Source of the DNA: an uncultured virus (IMG/VR IMGVR_UViG_3300038423_000106)
Taxonomy: Duplodnaviria > Heunggongvirae > Uroviricota > Caudoviricetes
Strand: one strand, 5' to 3'
IMG/VR virus record: IMGVR_UViG_3300038423_000106
DNA: 64,000 nucleotides
Both the position numbers and the translations under genes were made by a program. The stretch's first letter is position 1. Each line of letters opens with the position of its first letter. The notes under the pieces were generated by a model that had not been told where the DNA came from, did no database searches, and was given only the letters and a program-made list of their open reading frames with translations. This document shows, one piece after another, positions 28,703 through 38,154 of this stretch.

Positions 28703-29403
28703 TGTTTCGTTTCCACTTCAATCGCATCCAGCCGCTCGCGCAGCATTTTGTAATCCGTCAATGCTCCCTCTATCGCGTCTTGACGACTCATGTCGGGATC
28801 GCCTTCCTTTTCGCGGTAGTAATCACAAACTGAATCAATCGCGGCGAGTTGGCTAGTCGGGAAAACTACGTTCTCAATGTCCTCCAGATGCAAATCAGGA
28901 AGCGCTTCGTTCACTTCTTTCATGCACTGCGCTTTCTTTTTCTTGGACGCAGCTTTAACTTGTGGATTCTTTCGATGCTCCCGTGAGGTCACTTTCTTGG
29001 CAATCAGCTTCGCCGTTTCAACCGGCATCTGACTTTGTTCTTCGTCTGTGAAATCTGGCGAGAGATTCTTGTGCAGGGACATGTAATCCATAATCGACCG
29101 AGCACTCTTAGGCGCTGCGTTTTCTAGCCAGTCAGTCATGGTTTTATAGCCGCCGTGCTGGAAAAGTTCCCCGTCTTTGACCATCTGACAATACTTCGCC
29201 AGTTTGGGCCATCCTGTGACCACAGACTCAACCCTGCGAACCTCGCGGTCGATCGCTTCAAACTGTTGAGCGGGGTCAGAATTGGTTGAGAGAAAAAGTT
29301 CCAAGCCTACAAGATTCGACTGCAAATTTGCGGCTGGCAGTTCTAGCCTTGGATTCTCAGGGACGATGATCGCAACAGCGTGACGCTTGCGCTTGAGTTT
29401 CAT
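28699..29403 (-). CDS. Hypothetical protein
   Basis: 234-aa ORF coupled in operon. Confidence 0.65.
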   Translation of the reverse strand: MKLKRKRHAVAIIVPENPRLELPAANLQSNLVGLELFLSTNSDPAQQFEAIDREVRRVESVVTGWPKLAKYCQMVKDGELFQHGGYKTMTDWLENAAPKSARSIMDYMSLHKNLSPDFTDEEQSQMPVETAKLIAKKVTSREHRKNPQVKAASKKKKAQCMKEVNEALPDLHLEDIENVVFPTSQLAAIDSVCDYYREKEGDPDMSRQDAIEGALTDYKMLRERLDAIEVETKQ

Positions 29404-29742
29404 TCATGCTCCAGACACACCGCAATCCTCGGGGGATTTAGGGGGTGTGGCCCTTGATCTTGACTCTTGCCCCTTGAGGCGGATAGGTACTCTTTTACTC
29501 CCCGTTGACCGGGACGTATGCGTTTTGCGCCAGAACATCTGGCCCGTTGCCCGGATTAAGAAGCCTTGTCCGTCCCATAACCTGACCCAAATGCGCGGCC
29601 CGTTGTTTTTCGGACAGGGGCAGAACTCCCCTAAGCAGTGCCGTGAAGCAACCGTGGCTCTGCCCATGGGCTCATAGACGAATTGTTTTGGGAATTATAT
29701 ACATGACTCGCTAACCCTTTCAGAACAAAACGACTAAAGTTC

Positions 29743-29771
29743 TTGACAAAATGCAGCGAGTGATCTACTAT
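29743..29771 (+). promoter_or_regulatory. IS-internal sigma70 promoter
   Basis: TTGACA-17 nt-TACTAT. Confidence 0.6.
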
Positions 29772-29795
29772 AAAGCCAGTTAAGGAGTTCCAAAG

Positions 29796-29999
29796 ATGGG
29801 CGAAACTCAAACGATTGTTCCGTACTGGTTCTTAATGAGAGCCGCTGGACACCTGACTGGTGGCGGCTGCGAAGGTAACGTATACAACGGCACCTGTCCG
29901 CTCTGCAAAGCACAAGAGATTCTAATGAACGCAGCGATGCGGATTGGCTATGTCGGAACCTTGCCCTACGAAGTGGGGGTTGGTAGCTATGCCCGCTAA
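29796..29999 (+). CDS. IS passenger gene 1 (hypothetical)
   Basis: SD AAGGAG; inside TIRs; H...C...CPLC. Confidence 0.55.
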   Translation: MGETQTIVPYWFLMRAAGHLTGGGCEGNVYNGTCPLCKAQEILMNAAMRIGYVGTLPYEVGVGSYAR

Positions 30000-30405
30000 A
30001 CACACCGAAACCGTGACGAAGCCTACTCCCCCGACAGCGAGGGACGTTGTGACGTGGTGCCACGGCGAGGAAAGCGACTGGATCATTAAGGGCACGCAAC
30101 TCATGCTGGATCGCTATGTGGAGCACTCCGAACTGGCAGAGAAATACAAGGAAATGTGCGGGAAGCTTCGCGAGTACGTCGAATGGCGTCATCTCGGCCT
30201 GGGCGGAGAGAACCTCGAAGAGCTTGTACTGGCGCGAGCGAAAGAACTGGAGAGCATGCTCGCGCGAGTAATCGGCTGCCTGAATCGCGTTGAGGTGATG
30301 GCTCCGCATATTGCGGAACTGAAAACTGAGTCGCACAAACTGATGCCACAAGTCGAACGCACGCCTTTTATACCCGCGCCCGTGGGCTGTGGGCCGGGAG
30401 AGTAA
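29989..30405 (+). CDS. IS passenger gene 2 (helical hypothetical protein)
   Basis: Inside TIRs; ends 3 nt before transposase start. Confidence 0.55.
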   Translation: MPAKHTETVTKPTPPTARDVVTWCHGEESDWIIKGTQLMLDRYVEHSELAEKYKEMCGKLREYVEWRHLGLGGENLEELVLARAKELESMLARVIGCLNRVEVMAPHIAELKTESHKLMPQVERTPFIPAPVGCGPGE

Positions 30406-30408
30406 GCC

Positions 30409-31335
30409 ATGAGCAAAAGCACGATCAGCACCTTCCAGCTTTTCGAGATGTTCCCGACGCCAGAGTCGGCACGGATTTACCTCGAATCGCGGCTCTGGCC
30501 CGATGGCCCGTTCTGTCCTGAGTGCAAGAGCCGTGAGCGCATCGGCAAGCAGCCCAAGGTTGGCTTCTACCGCTGTAATGCTTGTTCCCTCGATTTCACG
30601 ATCCGTACCGGGACGATTTTCGAGCGCAGCCACATTCCCCTGCACAAATGGCTCTACGCCATGTACCTGCTCGTTACCGCTCGGAAGGGCATCTCTAGCC
30701 TGCAACTGGGAAAAGAGATCGGAGTTACCCAGAAATCGGCATGGTTTATGCTCCAGCGTCTCCGTGAAGCGTGCGGTTCTGGCGATGACCTCGACAAGTT
30801 GCGCGGCATCGTCGAAGTAGACGAATGCTTCATTGGCGGGAAGGAGCGCAACAAGCACGAGCACAAGAAGCTCAAGGCTGGACGTGGATCGGTTGGCAAG
30901 ACGGCTGTCGTAGGACTCAGGGAACGCGGCGGACGCACTGTAGCAATGCCGATTGAGGCTACCGACATGGCCGCGCTGCAATCGGCTGTCCATGCCAACG
31001 TCGAAGTAGGTTCCACGATCTTTACGGATGAGGCGACCGGGTACGTCGGCCTTGACGGGCTGTTCTTTCGGCACGAAGCCATCAATCACACGGCGGGAAT
31101 CTACTCCGAGAACGGCGTGAGCACGAACAGCATCGAAAGCGTCTGGGCTGTGCTCAAGCGCGGAGTGTATGGCGTTTACCATCAAGTTTCCAAGAAGCAT
31201 TTGCATCGTTACGTGGATGAGTTCACGTTCCGCCTGAATGTCGGCAACGTGAGCCGTCACACGTTGGAACGGCTGGACTCGTTCGTAGTTGCGGTAGTCG
31301 GAAAGCATCTCACCTACAAGGAACTGACAGCATGA
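30409..31335 (+). CDS. IS1595-family transposase
   Basis: Zn ribbon CPEC...CNAC, GTIFE.SH.PL.KW, VEVDE..IGG, TDE...Y, NH, TN.IES.W..LKR. Confidence 0.95.
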   Translation: MSKSTISTFQLFEMFPTPESARIYLESRLWPDGPFCPECKSRERIGKQPKVGFYRCNACSLDFTIRTGTIFERSHIPLHKWLYAMYLLVTARKGISSLQLGKEIGVTQKSAWFMLQRLREACGSGDDLDKLRGIVEVDECFIGGKERNKHEHKKLKAGRGSVGKTAVVGLRERGGRTVAMPIEATDMAALQSAVHANVEVGSTIFTDEATGYVGLDGLFFRHEAINHTAGIYSENGVSTNSIESVWAVLKRGVYGVYHQVSKKHLHRYVDEFTFRLNVGNVSRHTLERLDSFVVAVVGKHLTYKELTA

Positions 31336-31469
31336 AAACTCCCCCAGAGCTAGACCGAATCACAGATCGCGTGCTGGCCTATCGCCCGAAACCCAAGACG
31401 AAAGCGGCCAAGCGCCGGAAGCGAAGGAATCAATATGCGAAGCGTCGAAGGAGCGAGTCATCTATATAA
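31332..31469 (+). CDS. Small basic IS accessory ORF
   Basis: MKTPPELDRITDRVLAYRPKPK...; ATGA overlap with transposase stop. Confidence 0.55.
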   Translation: MKTPPELDRITDRVLAYRPKPKTKAAKRRKRRNQYAKRRRSESSI

Positions 31470-31838
31470 TTCCCATTGTTTTGGTGAGTCATTAGCAGAG
31501 ACAAATTCTTCGAGGTGGGGGCCGGTGTCTCTGCTAGAAGTTTCCGGCACGCCCACACTCAAAGACATCCCAAGCATATCACAGCCGGGGAGATTGTCTA
31601 ACAAAAAATCGCGCATCATTCCATCTCCACCATCGTCCCCGCCGGGACAGCAATCGCGGCCTTCCAGATCAACTGGCAGGCTTCGAGGCGCGGCCCGAGT
31701 TCCACGGCCTTCGTCCGCCACAGGTAGTCGTGGGCGTGAACGAGGATTATGAATACACTTTTCATAAACTCACCAGCCTGTAATTGAACGTCCTGCCAGA
31801 AAGCCGCTGGCACTGGATCACGTGGCCCTTCGCGCGCA

Positions 31839-32372
31839 TCATATGTGTTTCCATGTCTGTCGTCCTAGAATTCCAACGACATTTCGTAAAGCCAAATTAT
31901 ATTTTTCAGCAAGATACTTTGCGGTAACTTTGCGCGGGATATATTCTGCCCTGATTTTCAACACCGTAGCATTATCGGTCTTAGATGAAGGGCGTTGTTC
32001 ACCGCGAAGCGTTCGGTCGCGTCCTTTTCTTCTCATGTCAGCCAGATTGTCGGCTTGGGTGCCCTCAATGATATGCCGCGGGTTGAAGCAAGGTGGATTA
32101 TCGCATGTGTGTAAGCCGTTCGGCGTTGGCCAATGCCCGTGAGTAAAAAAGAATGCAAGTCTATGCACTGGAACTGATCTACCTTCGTACCAAACTCCGC
32201 CGTAATCTCTGTAGCTCTTACTGAATGGCCAAAGCAAACAATCATCACTCTTGTGGTTCGCGATACTTCGTTTAAGATACTCAAGAGTCCCTTTCCACAT
32301 GGGATTGCGCGGGCCACACACTTTGCGTTTAGCTATATGTTCGGGAGTCTGTTTATACCCAAATTTCGTCAT
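31839..32372 (-). CDS. HNH homing endonuclease
   Basis: C..W.......YG.......HR.......LHTCDNP.C.NP.H...GT..DN..D. Confidence 0.9.
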   Translation of the reverse strand: MTKFGYKQTPEHIAKRKVCGPRNPMWKGTLEYLKRSIANHKSDDCLLWPFSKSYRDYGGVWYEGRSVPVHRLAFFFTHGHWPTPNGLHTCDNPPCFNPRHIIEGTQADNLADMRRKGRDRTLRGEQRPSSKTDNATVLKIRAEYIPRKVTAKYLAEKYNLALRNVVGILGRQTWKHI

Positions 32373-32791
32373 AAAATACTCCTAACTGGAGGCTATGGAG
32401 TCGAGAGTCATATTTTCGCCGATCTTTTCGATTTGTAAAGCTGTTTGCGGAGGTCTTTGATGTATACAGTCAAATCCTTCACTGCAATACGCGAGAACTC
32501 CCGCGATTCGATAGCCTCTTTCAATCTATCTTCCAACGATCTCCATTGCGGTCGTGGCAAAGGATCGCCAGTTATCGGGTCTAATCCTTGACGTATCATG
32601 TCTGCGAAGGCTTTACAGGTCATAATCTCTCCAGCACTTCCGTTCTCACTTCCCTCTGCGCCTGATGCCTGTTCTCGTCGACCAGCGCGGCCACAAGCCC
32701 TTGCAGACTAGGCGGTGGATGTCGGATTCTTTTTCGTCAACCACGCTATCCGTATGAGTCGCTGGTTTCTCAGGATGGAAATAGCAATTGC

Positions 32792-33064
32792 TCATGACTT
32801 CACCAGTTCAATGTGGCTTATTGCGACCGATGCCGAATATTTGCCGTCATCTGAGCGAACATACACGCTTGCCGTACCGCCGATCTCGTATACACCGTCG
32901 TACTTGATCGTTCCCAATCGGCCCTCGCCTTCGCGGATTCCGCTCCAAAACCGAACTCGCGTTCCCTTAGCCACAGTCTCAAGACTGACCATTTTAAAGT
33001 GTCCCTTCTTTGCGCCGCTTTTGGATTTGATTACGGACCCGCTTGTACCAGTAGTCCGTATCAT
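32792..33064 (-). CDS. Hypothetical protein (SH3-like)
   Basis: ATGA-coupled; GTRVRF...G..G.I. Confidence 0.45.
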   Translation of the reverse strand: MIRTTGTSGSVIKSKSGAKKGHFKMVSLETVAKGTRVRFWSGIREGEGRLGTIKYDGVYEIGGTASVYVRSDDGKYSASVAISHIELVKS

Positions 33065-33315
33065 GCTTTCGCACGCTTTCTTCCTTCTTGAAACGCCCTC
33101 ACAGTCTCGGGCCGGACCTTCGCCACCGCGTCGATCTTCTCGATCTCGAACCTGAACAAAGTCCTCTGGCAGTCGACCGGCATGTGTCTCCGCTCGGAAT
33201 ACCAGTGCGCCACTTCGTTCCCGGACACGCCGAACATCAAGCCCAGCTTGTCGAAGCTCAACCCCGTGCGGTCCTTGAACCGCTGGATGCGTTTGTTTGC
33301 AGTGCGGTCTATCAC
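33061..33315 (-). CDS. XRE-type HTH protein
   Basis: GLS..KLG.MFGVS...V..W. Confidence 0.65.
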   Translation of the reverse strand: MIDRTANKRIQRFKDRTGLSFDKLGLMFGVSGNEVAHWYSERRHMPVDCQRTLFRFEIEKIDAVAKVRPETVRAFQEGRKRAKA

Positions 33316-34634
33316 TTTTCGTACCAACTTTCTGCATTAGATTCTCCGCTCTCTGCCGCTCTCGGGAGGAACACGAGCTGCTTGTTGTCGAACATCACTG
33401 GAACTGAGTCCACGGGGCCTTCCCTCTGCTTTGCCACGATGATCTCATCCATCCGCGTAAACCCTGTTTTCTTGTCCAGTGGGCGGTAGACGAGCAGCAC
33501 CAAGTGGGCGTCGTTCTCCACGTCTCCCGATTCCTTCAGGTCGAACAGTACCGGGCGACGTTTCATCTTCTCCGCTGGCCGTCCGAACTGCGAGACGCCA
33601 ATCACCACGACCTTCTGCTTCTTGGCGAGTTCGCGCAGCGCGGCAGAACATGAAGAAATCCTCTGCGCCCGGTTGTCGCCTTCGCCTTGCATGAGTTGGA
33701 TGTAATCTACGGCCACGAGTTTTATCCCATGCTTGCGGATCATCATCGTGGCGTGCGACGTGAACTCGCCGGCGGTCACTGACGAAGCATCGTTCACCCA
33801 GAGTGGCCACTGATCTAGCACGGCTTTGGACTCCATGAACATCGCGCGCTCGCTCGGCTCCATCCGCTTCGGGTTCCTCAACTTCCATCCTGTAACCGCG
33901 CCTTTCGTCACGAGCGGGATGCAACGAGAAAGCACGGCCTGCTTAGTCATCTCCTGGGAGAACAGCAAGCACGGTATTTCAGCTTCGCAGTTCGCGGCGA
34001 TGATCTGAGTGACGAACGGCGTCTTGCCTTCGTTCGTCCAGCCGCCTATGACCACGAACTCTCCGGGATGGAGTCCTCCGGTCAGTTCGTCCAGGTCGGT
34101 CAAACCGCTGCTCAGCGCCTTCGACTTCGCCGCGCCGGTCGAGAGCTTCATCACGTAGTCGTAGAACACGTCCGAGAACTCGCTGAGCCGCAGGGAATCC
34201 GAACTCTGGCCGTACTCCGCCATCTCAACCAGTTTGTCGTAGGTCACGGACAGCACGGATTCGTTGTCCTCGGATGCATCCCGCGCCTGCAATAGAGCAG
34301 ACTCGAATTCCTGAATGATCTTCCGGCGGTGAGCTGCCCGGATGACTTCTTGCACGTGCGGGGCGATCTTGCGCGTCCCCGCGGCGTTGAAGTCCATGAT
34401 GTACGCCGTCAGCCCGTGGTTCTTCGGGAACATGTCCGCCAGTATCACTTCGTCGACCTGCTCTCCGCCTTTGACGCGCCGCTCGATGGCCTTGAAGATT
34501 TCCCGGTGGTAGCTGTTCTGGAAGTGCTCCGGCCGCAACCGCTCGGCGAAGCAGAAAAGTTCGTTGTCCAGCAAGACTGACTGCAGGACGACCTTCTCCG
34601 ACTCCATCGCTGCCTGCTGATCGACTAGCTGCAC
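33312..34634 (-). CDS. dnaB: Replicative DNA helicase (alternative start 34607)
   Basis: L.PE.F....HR.IF..I; SG..DLD..TGG; Walker A GWTNEGKT; FS.EM; VDYIQL; SQ; DLKESG..E.DA; K.R.G. Confidence 0.9.
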   Translation of the reverse strand: MQLVDQQAAMESEKVVLQSVLLDNELFCFAERLRPEHFQNSYHREIFKAIERRVKGGEQVDEVILADMFPKNHGLTAYIMDFNAAGTRKIAPHVQEVIRAAHRRKIIQEFESALLQARDASEDNESVLSVTYDKLVEMAEYGQSSDSLRLSEFSDVFYDYVMKLSTGAAKSKALSSGLTDLDELTGGLHPGEFVVIGGWTNEGKTPFVTQIIAANCEAEIPCLLFSQEMTKQAVLSRCIPLVTKGAVTGWKLRNPKRMEPSERAMFMESKAVLDQWPLWVNDASSVTAGEFTSHATMMIRKHGIKLVAVDYIQLMQGEGDNRAQRISSCSAALRELAKKQKVVVIGVSQFGRPAEKMKRRPVLFDLKESGDVENDAHLVLLVYRPLDKKTGFTRMDEIIVAKQREGPVDSVPVMFDNKQLVFLPRAAESGESNAESWYEK

Positions 34635-35440
34635 TCTGCCCTCCCGTACTTGTTCAGCGTTCCGGTTTCGTAGCGAGGAAGACGAGAAATATAAAAGGCA
34701 GGTTGCTCAGCTGGTGCGTGATCCTTCGACTCGTGATAGTTATCGAGCATCGCGACCAGCCGTTTCTCAGTAAGTGTCTTATCTTCTGAGAGTAACCGCT
34801 TGAGGTTTTTCCCAGCAGTGCCGTTGAAGTGGGGCGGAGCTTTTACGTAGTGCTGGTGAGCTTTAAAGATTAACTCTGTGAATCTTTCGTACCGTAAGTC
34901 TGCTGTAGTCTTGTGCCCGTTCCCGTTCTTGGGAGCAGGAGGGTTGGAATCGAGTTTGAAATCGTCGGTCGGAAGCGCAGCTGACGACAGTTGTTCTTGA
35001 GTATTGTTATAAGTCTTGTTAGGGGTACATTCCTGTCCGCTATTTTTGTAAGAAATGTCCGCTTTCCCGTGTAGTTTTTGTCCGCTTTCGATAGCGGATA
35101 TTTTGTCCGCTATCGACAAAAGAGCATATTCGTGATGCCGTCCAACTTTCTTTCTAGAGATCAACTTTGCACTGAGCAATTCGTCCATCGAACGTCGTAC
35201 TGTCCGCTCGTCTATGCCGATCATCTCTGCCAGTAACTCCTGAGATGGAAAGCATTGTTGACTACTGTTGTTGGCCATTCGACACAGAGCCAAGTAGAGC
35301 ATGAACGTAGTAGATTGGAGGCGCTTGGCGAAGAAGTCGAAGACGGCATTAGATACCCAGAGGAACCCGCCTCGGCGGTCTCGTACTTCAAAAGTTTCTT
35401 CTGCAAAACTATCAGCAGAAGTGCGATCATCATTTTCCAT
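34625..35440 (-). CDS. Replication initiator (N-terminal wHTH)
   Basis: LY..L...AN.....FPS.E.LA...GI..RTV.R....L; upstream of dnaB. Confidence 0.8.
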   Translation of the reverse strand: MENDDRTSADSFAEETFEVRDRRGGFLWVSNAVFDFFAKRLQSTTFMLYLALCRMANNSSQQCFPSQELLAEMIGIDERTVRRSMDELLSAKLISRKKVGRHHEYALLSIADKISAIESGQKLHGKADISYKNSGQECTPNKTYNNTQEQLSSAALPTDDFKLDSNPPAPKNGNGHKTTADLRYERFTELIFKAHQHYVKAPPHFNGTAGKNLKRLLSEDKTLTEKRLVAMLDNYHESKDHAPAEQPAFYISRLPRYETGTLNKYGRAECS

Positions 35441-35528
35441 GTGTTAGACCTTTTTGTGCTCTCTCTGGACTGGGAGGTCTAGGCCCAGCCCGAGAGAGAG
35501 CGAAGTGTCACTTGGCAGCGACAGTTAA

Positions 35529-35557
35529 ATTCTAAAATTCTATCAGACAAGAGTAAA
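35529..35557 (-). promoter_or_regulatory. Sigma70-type promoter for the replication operon
   Basis: TTTACT-17 nt-TAGAAT. Confidence 0.6.
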
Positions 35558-35594
35558 GCCCTTTTTCACCGAGCAAACACGCGGCCTTCACGCG

Positions 35595-36353
35595 CTATGG
35601 AAATTCGTGAATCTGCAAGTTTGCAGGTATCAGCGCTTTTCCAGCTGCGGGAGTGAGTGCCGAGAACTGCTTGACGAACAGCTTGGTCCCGACAGCCTTG
35701 CACTCTGCCCGAAGATTAATCAGCCACTCCAGTTTCATCGGTCGGCGAGCGTGCCCACTTTCTCCTCCGAAGATGATCCAGTCCGGAGGCACGTTGTAGT
35801 AAAAGCCAGACAACGGACTCTGCACTATCGAGACCGGACCGAGCGCCGGTTCGTAGCTGATCCAGTTCACTCCGCCGCGCTGAATCGAGACTTCGCAGAT
35901 GATCGGGTAGCGGATGTCGTAGAACTCTTGATTTTCAGCCGTCGCTCCGTACCACACGTTGTTGTGCTTGAAGTCTTTCGGCAAGTAACGCTCGTAACGC
36001 TGCGGCCGCTTCGTGAGCAGTTGCCAGATGAGGTTCGGGGTCTGGTCGATCAACGTCCACAGTCGCTCCCTCTGGCCTTCGGGAGCCTCGTCGTCCATTA
36101 TGTCGCACATCGAACCGCAGAACACTTTACGCTTGACGCTTTCCTTGGCGGCTTTCTTATCCCAGCGCAAAGGATCGTTCCAGTAATGATCGCTCATAAT
36201 CCGGCGTGACTCGCCTTTGCCCCAGTGTGCTCCGCCGACGCGCTTATCAAAGGCTTCAGCATAGCAGTGATCGCAACCTGGAGACACTTTCGTGCAACCC
36301 CACCACGGATTGAACGTCGCGTCTGTCCAAGAAATGCCAGTTGTCTCTGCCAC
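35595..36353 (-). CDS. DUF5131 / phage Gp37-Gp68 family protein
   Basis: I.WTD.T.NPW.GC.KVSPGC..CYA; LLTKRP; S.EP.LG; DW.I.GGESG..RP; F.KQ. Confidence 0.9.
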   Translation of the reverse strand: MAETTGISWTDATFNPWWGCTKVSPGCDHCYAEAFDKRVGGAHWGKGESRRIMSDHYWNDPLRWDKKAAKESVKRKVFCGSMCDIMDDEAPEGQRERLWTLIDQTPNLIWQLLTKRPQRYERYLPKDFKHNNVWYGATAENQEFYDIRYPIICEVSIQRGGVNWISYEPALGPVSIVQSPLSGFYYNVPPDWIIFGGESGHARRPMKLEWLINLRAECKAVGTKLFVKQFSALTPAAGKALIPANLQIHEFP

Positions 36354-36598
36354 TACGAATCCCCCTTCAACTCTGATTCCCCGTGAGAGATGAACTCTCG
36401 CAGAATCTTCGCCCCGCATTCCCAACTGCAAACCTCTTGCGGCTCATCGGCAGCTTGATACGGCAGAGCACTGGACGGTGGAACCATTGCGATAAAACGC
36501 GGCACATCCTGCTCGCGTCCGATTCCAATGCGCGCGAATATCTGACTCTGTTTCAACTCTTGTCCGCAACCGTCACAGGTGATGATTTCGATTCTCAT
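36353..36598 (-). CDS. Small Zn-binding protein
   Basis: CDGC...CS.EC. Confidence 0.55.
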   Translation of the reverse strand: MRIEIITCDGCGQELKQSQIFARIGIGREQDVPRFIAMVPPSSALPYQAADEPQEVCSWECGAKILREFISHGESELKGDS

Positions 36599-36820
36599 TC
36601 AGCAATCCCCCTTCAACTCCCGGATGCTGGCCGAGACCTGCTCGGGATGGTCAGCCGGGTCGATCCGTTCATAGCAGGCGTCGCACACGACGTCCCACTC
36701 CGATTCGGGGACGGCGCCGAAGTAAGATTCCATCTCGGCTGTCGCGTCGGCGCGCGTCCAGGTTCCGTCCGTAACGAACTCGAACGTCTCGCGGCACAGG
36801 GTGCAGGTGAAAGTGTTCAT
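36599..36820 (-). CDS. Small Zn-binding protein
   Basis: CTLC...CDAC. Confidence 0.55.
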   Translation of the reverse strand: MNTFTCTLCRETFEFVTDGTWTRADATAEMESYFGAVPESEWDVVCDACYERIDPADHPEQVSASIRELKGDC

Positions 36821-37098
36821 ACGGTACTTCCATTGCGGTACTGCTCGTTGCAAATTCTTCGCTCTGCATTCAGCCGCGCTTGGTCCAATAAAAACGAGAG
36901 TTGAGACCGTCCATGCTTTGTGTCTGGAATGCGGCAATTGTTTATGTACGGCACTCCATTCGCATCGATGGTTAGTTCTTTCGGTAAGTCTTCCGGCTTG
37001 AGCATGTAATATTCCCATAACGCATTCCGTTCAGCGTCGAGCTGTTTGCTGATCTGCGCACATGCACCTTCCCAGATATTCGGTTTATCGCTCGTCAT
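36817..37098 (-). CDS. Hypothetical protein
   Basis: SD GGAGG; ATGA coupling. Confidence 0.5.
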   Translation of the reverse strand: MTSDKPNIWEGACAQISKQLDAERNALWEYYMLKPEDLPKELTIDANGVPYINNCRIPDTKHGRSQLSFLLDQARLNAERRICNEQYRNGSTV

Positions 37099-37138
37099 CT
37101 TCCCTCCACCTCGCACATCAGGTCGTCGCTCAGCAGAC

Positions 37139-37348
37139 TTATTCGGACGGCCAACGCCGTCGAGGATGCAGAATCACAGCTCCGTCTTGCGAAACGTACA
37201 CAGCCCCAATGTCTGGATTGGCGGTCCGCATCGCTTCATTTCTGTTTATCCATCCATCTTCGTACAGCAACCAATCTTCCGGCTTCGATCCTACGACGTG
37301 CGCGAGCACCCAGAATGGGATTTCAAAACCTTCCGCGTTCAGATTCAT
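37139..37348 (-). CDS. Hypothetical protein
   Basis: SD GGAGG before MNLNAEG. Confidence 0.5.
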   Translation of the reverse strand: MNLNAEGFEIPFWVLAHVVGSKPEDWLLYEDGWINRNEAMRTANPDIGAVYVSQDGAVILHPRRRWPSE

Positions 37349-37500
37349 CGTTTCCTCCCGCCCGAGTGCACCTGCCGGTTGTGCCGCTGGAGGTCGTCGA
37401 TGCTCTCGAAAGCCTCCGGCGGGTCGCAACTGTGGCACCAAGCCCGCGCAGGCTCCCCGATTTGCTGCATCCACTAAACAAAAATATGCAATTCATGCGA

Positions 37501-38025
37501 TCAGATCAAAGAGCGTTGCCGCTGTACGTCCTTCAGTACTACCCATCCACGGGGATCGATCTTACTAATTGAGAATTCGGGGATTCTGACGACGTCCTCG
37601 ATACGAATCAACGTCGCAAAAGATGCGGCGCGTTTTTTTGCCCAGAACTCGGAATCGTCCATGCACAATGCAGTGGCAAACTGCTCAATTTCAGACCAAG
37701 TCGTCGGATCAAGGTGATAATACCAAGCATTCGATACCCGACAGACTCCGCAAATTGGTCCGCTCGACTGCTTCAACACCACCAGATCCCCCTTTCTGAC
37801 TTGCTCAAAGGGGGCGTGCCGATGAACGCTAAATCTAGATTCGATCGTCTTCTTTCCTTCAAGAACGAATCTGAGGTATGGTTCAATGAAAACCGCAAGA
37901 TGAATGCTGTTGTCCAGAGTCTCTGCAAGGATGCCCTCCAGAAGTCCAGATAAAACAGTTCCTGCAATCTTGCCCCTGAGTTCAGGAAGCAAGTCGTTAG
38001 TCCACCAATCAGGTCCCTGCGTCAT
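37501..38025 (-). CDS. ASCH-domain protein
   Basis: HLA...PY...VL.G.KTIE.R.........V..GD.V..K. Confidence 0.85.
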   Translation of the reverse strand: MTQGPDWWTNDLLPELRGKIAGTVLSGLLEGILAETLDNSIHLAVFIEPYLRFVLEGKKTIESRFSVHRHAPFEQVRKGDLVVLKQSSGPICGVCRVSNAWYYHLDPTTWSEIEQFATALCMDDSEFWAKKRAASFATLIRIEDVVRIPEFSISKIDPRGWVVLKDVQRQRSLI

Positions 38026-38154
38026 GTGCCTCTTAGCTTTTTGATTCCGCGATCAAAATGTTCAAAAACATTTCCAAGCGCTCGGCGTAATCCGGGGAAG
38101 GTTCAGCAGTTCAGTTTCGGTCTTCTTTTCGTCTTCCGCTGCCTTGTCCATGTC

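Larger units (their letters stand above)
29690..31474 (+). mobile_element. IS1595-family element with passenger genes (1785 bp)
   Basis: 23-bp TIRs GGGAATTATAT(A)(C/G)ATGACTCGCT at 29690-29712 and 31452-31474 (1 mismatch); 8-bp TSD ATTGTTTT at 29682-29689 and 31475-31482. Confidence 0.95.
29404..31619 (-). pseudogene. Phage gene split by IS1595 (segments 31619-31475 and 29689-29404)
   Basis: Removing the IS and one TSD restores ...SANDSPKQ-FVYEPMGRATV... in frame. Confidence 0.75.

Noticed and set aside
29734..31308. 524-aa minus-strand ORF
   Set aside because: Antisense shadow of the transposase and passenger genes; no recognisable motifs
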